IMG/VR virus record: IMGVR_UViG_3300042524_000214
Coordinates: 1-38,662 of that record
DNA from: a virus
Lineage: Duplodnaviria; Heunggongvirae; Uroviricota; Caudoviricetes
Strand: one strand, 5' to 3'
DNA: 38,662 bases
The notes under the pieces are model-generated. The model saw only the letters and a program-made list of their open reading frames with translations, had not been told where the DNA came from and ran no database searches. Shown here in pieces: positions 1-8,049 of the stretch; the stretch's first letter is position 1, and each line of letters opens with the position of its first letter. The position numbers and the translations under genes were made by a program.

Positions 1-3000
1 TATTGTAAGGATAATTGGAATACAATATGTCTTTGTCAACAGTTTCTGTTTCTCTATACTTACGCATATCATATAACAGTCCTGAGGCTACTACACTTCT
101 ATCTAAACTAATATCTCCTCTAAATATTTCGTAACCAACTATTTTGTCTCTATCAGATTGTGTTAATAAGTTATTATCAACAGCAATATCTAAAAATAGA
201 TTTATAACTGTTTCATCTATTGTTACACCCAATGGAAATATGACTGTATTACCAAATTTAGCTTGTGGTAAGTCATACATAAAAGGTGCTACACTATTAT
301 CCGGAAATTTAAAATGCCTTATATTTCTACAAGTAAAATCGGCTACTTTTTTAGTTTCCCCATTCCATGGCTCTGTCTTAAATAAGTAGTTCCCGTTTAT
401 CGTAGCTGCACTATCTGTAAACACATCTTCAAATTCTTTTAGTATATCAATGTTTAAAGCTCCTTGAGTTACAAGGTTAGATAGTTTAGCTTTGTTTATT
501 TTTAAAGTTGAGGAATCAAATAACTCTGGGTTATCTGGATACTTCTCTGTACTTTCCCAATATGCAAAACTGCCCTTTTCAAAAGGAAACACTTTACATG
601 ACTGAGCAATAGGTTGTTCAAATTGACAAATAGTCTTATATGTACAAACCTTTTTTAAATATATTGCATCCCAAGATACTTCTACTCTTGAGTTTTCTGG
701 GTACCTTTTAGATACAGTATAACAACCATCTGTAGGAGATGCTATATATCTTACTTCTGGAGTATAGTTTTCAATAGGGCTAGTCCAAGAAAAATCTGCA
801 CCAGCATTGGTGTCAACAGTTTTTGTATTTATAGGTGTATCTATTGTTATATAATAGTCTCCTGAGTTAAACCAAGTTGCTGGAGGTAATGGTATTATCG
901 CACCGGTACTTCCCCTAGTTATTTCTACTGAACTTAATACTTTTTTTATATAAAACATCTCCCCTACAGAAACATCAACTAAAGCTGAGTATATAGCTGA
1001 AGGAGTTGTACAACTTTTAAAAATAGACATTCTAACAAGAGTGTTATCTCCTATATTTATATCATCATCACCATCGGCATCCTTTTGTTTAGCTATATCA
1101 ATTATGAACTCTGTAAGTGATTCTGTTTTACCTTTAAACCACAAAGCATTAGTATGAAGTTTTGTGTCAAATTTACTTGTGGTAGATAAAGTGAATGGGG
1201 TAGTTGTCTTAGTTGTTAATAAATCATTTAAAACTGTACTATACTTATAGTTATTAAAATAAGCTGTTGCATTATTTTGTGATGTGTCTGGATTATATAT
1301 TATATCTTTTGCATATAAACAAAGCTCGTTTTGAAAATCAGAATCTCTTTCATAAACTGGGTAGAATACATCAGCATCAGTTGCATTTGGTATATAACCT
1401 AAAGGTAAATTCATATCTTTCTTAGGTGCACCTGGAGTTGTTCCTGGGTCATTACCTGTATAATCTATCTTATATATTTGACAAAGCTTTGCTGCTGTCA
1501 TTAAAGTATATTCTCCAGGAAAAATCTTTCTGATTGTCTCTGTAACTTCTCCTTCTATTTTGTCTATTAATATTTCACAAGTTGGTGTATCTGGTGTTTG
1601 GCAATTTAATCCCTCAAATAGTTCACCGTTTGCATTACAATCTGCACCTGGGTATGTTTGTGTCAAATAACTACAAATGTCTACATTATTGTCTGTAATT
1701 AAATATGTAGGGTCTTCTAAACAATCTTTAGCATGAAGGTCTATATAATCCGCTAAGTCTGTATACCCAGTGTTATCCAATGGTATTGTAATCTGCCCAC
1801 TAGGTACTATTTCTCCCACACCAACTAAAGGTGTTTCGCAAATTCTTGTAATCTCTTCAAATACTGTTTCTGTTTGTATTGCTTCACTAGAATCACAAAA
1901 CCCATCGTCTTTTGTTGCTGTGTTATAGTATTGCCATCTGTAAACTCTTTGTGTAGAGTTACAGGAAACTTTATTTTCTAGTATAGATTTTATATCACTA
2001 CTGTCTGCGTAACGCTCTGTAGGAACTCCCCCAGAAACAACCTCTTCAAAATCATAAACATTGTCTGGTCGTAGTGGGTCTTGTTCTTTTGGTACTCTAG
2101 CTATAAAAGGATAGATAGAAGATTCATATCCCCCATCAAATAAAAATCTTATACTAAAAGGTACTATTTCGTCTCTATTGTAACCTCTGTTTTGGTATCC
2201 TAAAACACCGTCATCATATAAATCTTCTTTTCCTATTGTAGTTTGCCATTTTAGAAACTGCCCCAAAAAGTTTATTACTGGTTGTAGGTTAAGTTCCTCT
2301 TTTACATCTATCCCGTATTGAAATAAAATATTATTAGAGGCAGTTAATCCTTCTGTTCTTTCTACGTGGAGTTTGTCAACAAGTATTTTATCAACCGATG
2401 TTGCTATTTTATTTTGCTCAGTTGTGTATAAAATAATATTGTCGTTTATGGTATGTAAACCTTCTACAAAATATCTTGAAGCTCCCTCTATATCAGCAGT
2501 TTGTATTACTACTACTTTGTAGTGGGTGTACCTTTTATCTAAATTAAAGACATCTAACTTTATTGCATAGTTAGTCCTATCAGCCAATTCTGGCTGTTCT
2601 AATATATTGTTATTTTTATCAAATACTGCTATAGGTTGTGTTATAGAGTAGTAAGGAGAAATCTCATTACCCCCTGCATCTGCGTAAGCTAGTAAAAACT
2701 CATACATACCCATTTTTAGCCTACCTCCTAATTCTAAGGAAGAAGCTTTTATTTCTGGTATTTGATAAAGTTTAAATATTCTTAGCTCATTGAAGTCTAT
2801 ACAACTTGTTGGATAATCTGGTTGACAAGGTACGTTTTGTATATAGTAATCCCCTATATTGGTAATATCAATATGTCTCGGTGGATTTAGGTTATCAGTG
2901 AAGTAAGTGTTTTTTCCAGTTTTTTCATTTTTGATAACTATTTTTTTTATAGGGTATTCTTTATCAAAGTTAAAACCTAGTTTTTTATCTATATAAGCCT

Positions 3001-3493
3001 GGTCTGTATAGTGTAGACAGACTGCTGGTGTAACAGAGGTATCCAATGCGTACTCATCTGATATTAGAGTGTGGTAAGCATTCGGGTTAAGTGGGTTTTG
3101 TGGTAGTTGTTCTAAAGGTGTTGCTAATTCTTTTATCTCATCACAACCATTACCGCACAACGCTGTTATGTCTTGTAAATTTATTACGTTTTGGTTGTCT
3201 TCTATGTACCCAAATTCCCCTACCCCAGTTGTTGGATTTACCAACATTACATAGGTATCGTTAGATAACAAATCATTCTCATACCCTATTACTACAAACC
3301 CTGGCTTATACCTTGTTATAAGCATATTAGACCTCTCGTTTGTAATGTTTAGACTATTACCACTTTCTGTCTCTACATTGGCGTTAAAAGCATGCGTGTA
3401 TTGTGTTTCATCTAACTGTGAAGGGTGAGTATCTTTATTCATCCCAACTTTCGCTAAAGAAATATTCACTTTATTGTTTGGTTGTTCTGCCAT
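1..3493 (-). CDS. Tail muzzle / tail stabilization protein (P22 gp10-like, crAss-type), 3'-partial, >1164 aa
   Basis: Not in the ORF track because it has no stop inside the window. ATG at 3493 (MAEQPNNKVNISLAKVGMNKD...). I read the frame by hand over 1-2760 and 3200-3493 and found no stop. It has crAss muzzle-type motifs GGRLKMGMYEFLLAYADAGGNE, GYNRDEIVPFSIRF, FAYWESTEKYP, IRHFKFPDN and IFPLGVTID, and follows a ring gene as in crAss-like genomes. Confidence 0.88.
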   Translation of the reverse strand, partial: MAEQPNNKVNISLAKVGMNKDTHPSQLDETQYTHAFNANVETESGNSLNITNERSNMLITRYKPGFVVIGYENDLLSNDTYVMLVNPTTGVGEFGYIEDNQNVINLQDITALCGNGCDEIKELATPLEQLPQNPLNPNAYHTLISDEYALDTSVTPAVCLHYTDQAYIDKKLGFNFDKEYPIKKIVIKNEKTGKNTYFTDNLNPPRHIDITNIGDYYIQNVPCQPDYPTSCIDFNELRIFKLYQIPEIKASSLELGGRLKMGMYEFLLAYADAGGNEISPYYSITQPIAVFDKNNNILEQPELADRTNYAIKLDVFNLDKRYTHYKVVVIQTADIEGASRYFVEGLHTINDNIILYTTEQNKIATSVDKILVDKLHVERTEGLTASNNILFQYGIDVKEELNLQPVINFLGQFLKWQTTIGKEDLYDDGVLGYQNRGYNRDEIVPFSIRFLFDGGYESSIYPFIARVPKEQDPLRPDNVYDFEEVVSGGVPTERYADSSDIKSILENKVSCNSTQRVYRWQYYNTATKDDGFCDSSEAIQTETVFEEITRICETPLVGVGEIVPSGQITIPLDNTGYTDLADYIDLHAKDCLEDPTYLITDNNVDICSYLTQTYPGADCNANGELFEGLNCQTPDTPTCEILIDKIEGEVTETIRKIFPGEYTLMTAAKLCQIYKIDYTGNDPGTTPGAPKKDMNLPLGYIPNATDADVFYPVYERDSDFQNELCLYAKDIIYNPDTSQNNATAYFNNYKYSTVLNDLLTTKTTTPFTLSTTSKFDTKLHTNALWFKGKTESLTEFIIDIAKQKDADGDDDINIGDNTLVRMSIFKSCTTPSAIYSALVDVSVGEMFYIKKVLSSVEITRGSTGAIIPLPPATWFNSGDYYITIDTPINTKTVDTNAGADFSWTSPIENYTPEVRYIASPTDGCYTVSKRYPENSRVEVSWDAIYLKKVCTYKTICQFEQPIAQSCKVFPFEKGSFAYWESTEKYPDNPELFDSSTLKINKAKLSNLVTQGALNIDILKEFEDVFTDSAATINGNYLFKTEPWNGETKKVADFTCRNIRHFKFPDNSVAPFMYDLPQAKFGNTVIFPLGVTIDETVINLFLDIAVDNNLLTQSDRDKIVGYEIFRGDISLDRSVVASGLLYDMRKYRETETVDKDILYSNYPYN

Positions 3494-3504
3494 TGGTTTT
3501 TATA

Positions 3505-4368
3505 TTAAAGATTAGGGAACATTCTTTCAAATCTGTTTGTTTCCGCAATCATTTTCCGTTTAAGTTTTTTATCCCAGTTTCCTAAACCTTCCATCTTAAC
3601 TTGGGTCATAGCTAATCCTAGGTATTCTTTTTCTTGACCTTTTATATATTGAAGTTTGTTTATTAAATTAACATCATCATCATTAATCCAAAGACCTTCC
3701 AGTATCTTTCTTTTTGCGTAATACATCAAGTACTCTTGAAGACTTCTTACATCTGGAATATAAATATCCCCCAACTCATCTGTAGGAAGAGCATTGTATT
3801 GCATGTAGATAAAACCATTTTTAAAGTTTGTCTGAAGTATGTTGCCTAGAATATTAATTTCGTACTGTGAGGAAGCTGTAAGACTTTGTTGTATGTTCTT
3901 ACATCCCGGTGCACAAAACTCTTTCTTAAAACCTTTAGTTAGCTTTAAAAAAACGGGTTCTCTGTAATGTATGTTTGTTACTCTATCTTTGAAAAAAACT
4001 TTCTCTGATACTGTTTTGTAGTTTTCCTGTTTATGCGACTGAGATTGATTATCCCACACATAATTTGTTGTAGTGCTTTGTTTGTAAAATTGTGAGTCTT
4101 GTACATACTCTCTATCTTCAGAGTGTTCTCCTTCCCAATCTCCTTGTTTGCATTTAACAGCTAAGTGTAGTGTCCAAAAATCCTCAGGTAATTCTACTTT
4201 ACCCTCTTGCACCTCTAATACTTTCTCCGTAAGGATAGTTACATTGGCACCAAACCTTTTTAACTCATTTTTAATCCACATATTTAAAGAGCGATAGTCT
4301 ATAAGACCACTTTCATCATATTGTCTTAAATCAGTCAAGATTTCTGCTATTAATTGTTTTCTCGTCAT
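3505..4368 (-). CDS. Tail ring / tubular protein (P22 gp4-like, crAss ring protein 1-like)
   Basis: 287 aa. N-terminal MTRKQLIAEILTDLRQYD, then VELPEDF, IYMQYNALPTDELGDIYIPD and LQEYLMYY. Lies directly upstream of the muzzle gene, as in crAss-like synteny. Confidence 0.75.
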   Translation of the reverse strand: MTRKQLIAEILTDLRQYDESGLIDYRSLNMWIKNELKRFGANVTILTEKVLEVQEGKVELPEDFWTLHLAVKCKQGDWEGEHSEDREYVQDSQFYKQSTTTNYVWDNQSQSHKQENYKTVSEKVFFKDRVTNIHYREPVFLKLTKGFKKEFCAPGCKNIQQSLTASSQYEINILGNILQTNFKNGFIYMQYNALPTDELGDIYIPDVRSLQEYLMYYAKRKILEGLWINDDDVNLINKLQYIKGQEKEYLGLAMTQVKMEGLGNWDKKLKRKMIAETNRFERMFPNL

Positions 4369-4380
4369 TTCTATATATGT

Positions 4381-4719
4381 TTATAGTATAGCTAATTTTT
4401 CGTGGTACTCCGCTTTTAAGGCTTCCCTTTCTTCTAAAATCTCTTTTGGTATTTCGGTGCCGCTAATTACCTTTTTTTGCACATGTGTTGATACTACATT
4501 GTCTATTTTTTTAGAATACTCTTCTCGTAGAACTTCTATTTTTTTAGATTTTATTTCCGCTAGCTTTTCAATATCTGCCCCTTCTATCCAAGAATTGTCT
4601 ACAAATTTTGGTATAGTTAAGTTACTAGGTATTTCCACTGTAGTACTTAATTCTCCTACTGCTACTGCAAATGGTGTTGCATACAATACAAAACCATTTT
4701 TGTCTATTACTATGTTCAT
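4381..4719 (-). CDS. Putative tail-fibre assembly/chaperone-like protein
   Basis: 112 aa. PKFVDNSWIEGA followed by a helical EIKSKKIEVLREEY segment resembles fibre-chaperone (Tfa/DUF4376-like) proteins. Lies downstream of a fibre-like gene. Confidence 0.45.
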   Translation of the reverse strand: MNIVIDKNGFVLYATPFAVAVGELSTTVEIPSNLTIPKFVDNSWIEGADIEKLAEIKSKKIEVLREEYSKKIDNVVSTHVQKKVISGTEIPKEILEEREALKAEYHEKLAIL

Positions 4720-4720
4720 A

Positions 4721-5272
4721 TTAGTTTATTTTTTTTAATATAACCCCTGTTGTTGTTAAAGTGTTTGTGCCTGTTATTTGATTAACTGAACCTACTACTA
4801 TTATATAATTATCTTTAGTTAGGTCTATTGTGTAGTTGCCATAAGTATTCCCCCAATTAAAATCACTAAAAAAAGAAATCAATTTATTGTTCTGAATCAT
4901 AATTTGAAGTATACTTCCATTAGATGCACCTAAATAACTATTATTATTAGTATAAAGACTAGAGTCTGAAACAGATAAAGGAGTGGCTCCAATTAGACTA
5001 TTAGACGAGTTTATATAAGTTCTTAATTGCGTATTAACAAAATTTTCTGTAAAATTCCAATAATTATAAACAAACAATTCTAAACAATCATTGTTTTTAA
5101 AAGTATTTGCAGGAATAGTTAAAACTCTGCTAATTACCTCTACATTTCCGCCTATAATAGGAATTGTAACAGTACTGTAGTCAGATACTTCAATTGAAGT
5201 CTTTTTGTTCTCTAGTCTGGTTACTTTTGCAATCAGATTTTTTACGTTTGCTTTTAGTTCAAGTGTTGTCAT
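4721..5272 (-). CDS. Putative small fibre/virion protein
   Basis: 183 aa. Short N-terminal coiled coil (LKANVKNLIAKVTRLENKK) followed by an N/T/I/S-rich beta-type domain. Confidence 0.4.
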   Translation of the reverse strand: MTTLELKANVKNLIAKVTRLENKKTSIEVSDYSTVTIPIIGGNVEVISRVLTIPANTFKNNDCLELFVYNYWNFTENFVNTQLRTYINSSNSLIGATPLSVSDSSLYTNNNSYLGASNGSILQIMIQNNKLISFFSDFNWGNTYGNYTIDLTKDNYIIVVGSVNQITGTNTLTTTGVILKKIN

Positions 5273-5280
5273 AATTTTTT

Positions 5281-5844
5281 TTATATATCGTTACCTATTT
5301 TTCTTAGTTTGTTGAAGAATAAAGAAGCATTAAAGCTGTACTTTTTTCCAGAATTTAATTTGTTACAAAGCTCTTTTTTTATAGCTCTACTAAAACTATA
5401 ATCAAAAACCCATGGTCTTAGCAAGCTGTCTTTTCCTATTGGTACGAAAGCTATGTTATATATTATATTGTCTGTTTTTGTATTTATTTTAAGTTCTCCT
5501 GTTTGTCTACTGTGGGTTAACTTCTTTTTCATTTCTTGTATGATTCCAAAGTACCCTAGCCCATCTAAAAATATTCCCCCACTAGCCTCTGTTAGTTTTT
5601 CTCCGGCAATTCTATAGAACTCAGATATTATTTTTCCGTGTTCTACATAGTTAGCTACATCTTGTCTATTAGCTAGTTTAGAACTCTCTTTATAATACTG
5701 GTATGCTTTGTGGTCTGTTATCGAAAAGCTGCCTCCTAAGACTCCTATTGTTTGTTTCCTACCTCTCCATCTTCTACTAAACTTAAAAGCTTTTTCTGAA
5801 AGGTTATTACTGCTTTTCGTTGTTGTTTGAATTTGGGTTTTCAT
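5281..5844 (-). CDS. IHF/HU-like protein (crAss tail-region IHF homolog)
   Basis: 187 aa, basic. AYQYYK...IISEFY...GGIFLDGLGYFGII...FDYSFSRAIKKEL...GKKY pattern. Sits between two ring genes, as crAss IHF-like genes do. Confidence 0.65.
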   Translation of the reverse strand: MKTQIQTTTKSSNNLSEKAFKFSRRWRGRKQTIGVLGGSFSITDHKAYQYYKESSKLANRQDVANYVEHGKIISEFYRIAGEKLTEASGGIFLDGLGYFGIIQEMKKKLTHSRQTGELKINTKTDNIIYNIAFVPIGKDSLLRPWVFDYSFSRAIKKELCNKLNSGKKYSFNASLFFNKLRKIGNDI

Positions 5845-6481
5845 CTCTAGGTATTTGCTTAGACATTGCTATTTCTTTTATGGTCTCGCCAACAATAGCT
5901 TCTTCTAATTTATCTGGTACATTAAATTCATATTCCCAAAGACTCTTACATTCATCATTATCTTTGCATCCACATCCTTCTTCCAAAGAATCTATTTCCA
6001 TACTAATTAAGTACAAACTGATTAATTCAATTTCTGTATCAAGTAAATACAAATAGCCATCTTTAACATAGAAATAAATGTAATCCGATTTCTCTACTCT
6101 ATTTTTATCTCTTCTGTATTGAGAAGGGGTGATTGGTTTAAATTCTTTTTCTCCGTCTACTGTAATTACTTCTTTTAAAGAACTACCGTATCTGCTATAA
6201 ATTAGTTTTGGTAATTTACATTTTGATTTCATTATTGATTTGCATCTTCTGAATTCTAAAATATCACATCTAACTACATCTACTGACTCCATTTCAAAGC
6301 AGTCTAATGTTTTGTATAGGTTATCTTCTCTAAACAAGCTTCTGTCGTTTAGTTTTTGTGAAATTAAAAAAGTAGCTTTTTGTTTAGCTACATGTAGTAT
6401 ATATCTACGGGATATTCTATCGTCTTTACTTATAGAGTTTAATCCATTTCTTACTCTAGATACTATTTCAGCGTTAGTCAT
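5807..6481 (-). CDS. Tail ring protein (crAss ring protein 2-like)
   Basis: Track ORF 5807..6502 starts at a TTG inside the promoter. The ATG at 6481 (MTNAEIVSRVRN, 224 aa) is the likelier start. DDRISRRYI, CKLPKLI, YFYVKDGYLYL and FNVPDKLEEAIV fit crAss ring proteins. Confidence 0.7.
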   Translation of the reverse strand: MTNAEIVSRVRNGLNSISKDDRISRRYILHVAKQKATFLISQKLNDRSLFREDNLYKTLDCFEMESVDVVRCDILEFRRCKSIMKSKCKLPKLIYSRYGSSLKEVITVDGEKEFKPITPSQYRRDKNRVEKSDYIYFYVKDGYLYLLDTEIELISLYLISMEIDSLEEGCGCKDNDECKSLWEYEFNVPDKLEEAIVGETIKEIAMSKQIPRDENPNSNNNEKQ

Positions 6482-6499
6482 TTTCTTGTATTTAAGTTG

Positions 6500-6539
6500 C
6501 AAAATTAATGAAAATATATATAATCTCCAAATTGGTTAA
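6500..6539 (-). promoter_or_regulatory. Bacteroidota sigma-A type promoter with upstream TTAAC element
   Basis: Minus strand TTAACCAATTTG (TTTG = -33, 6528-6531), 20-nt spacer, TAATTTTG (-7, 6500-6507). Lies 19 nt before the ATG at 6481. Confidence 0.8.
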
Positions 6540-6549
6540 AAATTGTTAT

Positions 6550-6576
6550 AAAAAAGAAGAGGAGCCTAAGCTCCTC
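6550..6576 (-). terminator. Rho-independent terminator
   Basis: Minus strand GAGGAGC-TTAG-GCTCCTC followed by TTCTTTTTT. Confidence 0.8.
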
Positions 6577-6776
6577 CTCACCCAACAGAAAAAGAGGAAA
6601 CCAAAAAACCTCTATTCTTATATATTATTAAAACCGGAATCTTGGGGGTTCTTACTAAGCCTTCTCTGAGCAAGCTCGTTCAAAGGACTTTCTTGTAGTA
6701 CTTAACTCATTAAAATCACTCCACCTAAGCTTCGTTCAAAAAATTTCATTAGCGTCTTATCACCCCCTATTTCCAG
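6577..6776 (-). other. ORF-free ~200-nt element, possibly a structured RNA/3'UTR
   Basis: No ORF longer than about 25 codons. Closing pairings CTGGAA/TTCCGG and GGGGGT/ACCCCC, direct repeat TTTGAACG(A)AGCTT, GAG-CTTG-CTC hairpin. Confidence 0.35.
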
Positions 6777-8048
6777 TTATGTATGTTTAAATCTTATTTT
6801 TGTAAATTCTTTCGAGTCTTTTATATAGTCATATTGTACTACTGAACCAGGTTTAAAATCAATAGGTTTTATTGCTGAAGAAGGCAAACTTGCTACCATT
6901 TTCAATTTACCTAATGCTGGGCTTATAAACTTTTCTTCTCCTACTGTAATTTCAATATGAAACTGTAGATATACAAAGGCACTATCTAAATTATACCGTT
7001 TACCAGAAAACCCTGCTTCTCCTTGAGCATAAGTTTGTCTACTTTGAGAATATCTTTTTTTAGTACCCCTAGTCTCTAAAATTTTTCTAAAAGCTTCTCC
7101 ACCCAATGATGGGTAACTTTGAAAACCCTGACTAGTCCTAAAATAGTGCTCTTGCCCAAAATCTATAACTTGGTATCCTTTTTTTATGGGAACTCTTGTT
7201 AATCTAACTGGGTCTTTGTCTTTGCTAAATTTAAAACTACCCTTCCTATATGTTGTCTCTGGAAAATATTCTAATTGGCTTCCAGGAATAAGCTCTGGAT
7301 TATATGTATGCTTTTTTATAGTAGGTGTGTATTTTGAAATAACTACTACTGGGTTATAGTCTTTTATTTTTTCAAACCCTTGTATTTTTATACCTAAGTT
7401 GTAAATATCTGCTTCTATTAAAACAGGTTTTTTTTCATTTACTGGTGGGTGAATTACTTCATTTGTAGTTGTGTTTAAATAAGGTTTGCCACAACCAATA
7501 AAACCACCTCTTCTATATACATTATCTGTAACACCCAATGTTGGGCTTTGCGGTTTCTTTCTTAAAATATTTCTTGAGTCTTTCCAATCAAAAGACATAC
7601 TAATTTTTTTAAGAGCCTCTTTTGCTGGCTCTGAAATTTCAATCTCTTTATCTGAAGATGATACTTTTATAACTATTGAATCACTTATTGATTTTATTGT
7701 ACGTATCTCTTTTAACCCTTGTAGATTAGTTTGTGCATCTAGTATTCTGTAAGACTGCATTCCATCTCCTATATTTATCAAACCAAAAGATTGAGGTGAG
7801 ACAGGGGATGTGGAAGGAGTCGTTGGGTTTCTTACTGGTAGTGGTTCTCCTAGTACTTGACAAATAAAAGCATCTAATTGCTCAATTAAATCTGTAAGTA
7901 TAGTTCCACTTTTTATTCCAGAACAAGCTAAATCAGCTCCTGTATATAATACACAGTCTGTGGATAAATCCTTTACTGGACATGAGCAATCATTTGATGT
8001 ACAAAGTGGTTGTTGATTGCAATCGTGACATGTTGAGTTTCCGCACAT
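6777..8048 (-). CDS. Putative tail fibre/virion protein with Cys-rich N-terminal module
   Basis: 423 aa. 9 Cys in the first 63 aa, with a C..YTG.DL.C motif. The basic C-terminal domain is not recognised. Confidence 0.55.
   Translation of the reverse strand: MCGNSTCHDCNQQPLCTSNDCSCPVKDLSTDCVLYTGADLACSGIKSGTILTDLIEQLDAFICQVLGEPLPVRNPTTPSTSPVSPQSFGLINIGDGMQSYRILDAQTNLQGLKEIRTIKSISDSIVIKVSSSDKEIEISEPAKEALKKISMSFDWKDSRNILRKKPQSPTLGVTDNVYRRGGFIGCGKPYLNTTTNEVIHPPVNEKKPVLIEADIYNLGIKIQGFEKIKDYNPVVVISKYTPTIKKHTYNPELIPGSQLEYFPETTYRKGSFKFSKDKDPVRLTRVPIKKGYQVIDFGQEHYFRTSQGFQSYPSLGGEAFRKILETRGTKKRYSQSRQTYAQGEAGFSGKRYNLDSAFVYLQFHIEITVGEEKFISPALGKLKMVASLPSSAIKPIDFKPGSVVQYDYIKDSKEFTKIRFKHT
7860..8033 (-). 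repeat. Copy A of a 174-nt duplicated N-terminal module (copy B at 9628-9801)
   Basis: 49/58 aa identical between copies. The 30-nt block ACAAAGTGGTTGTTGATTGCAATCGTGACA is identical at 8001-8030 and 9769-9798. Confidence 0.9.
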
Positions 8049-8049
8049 A

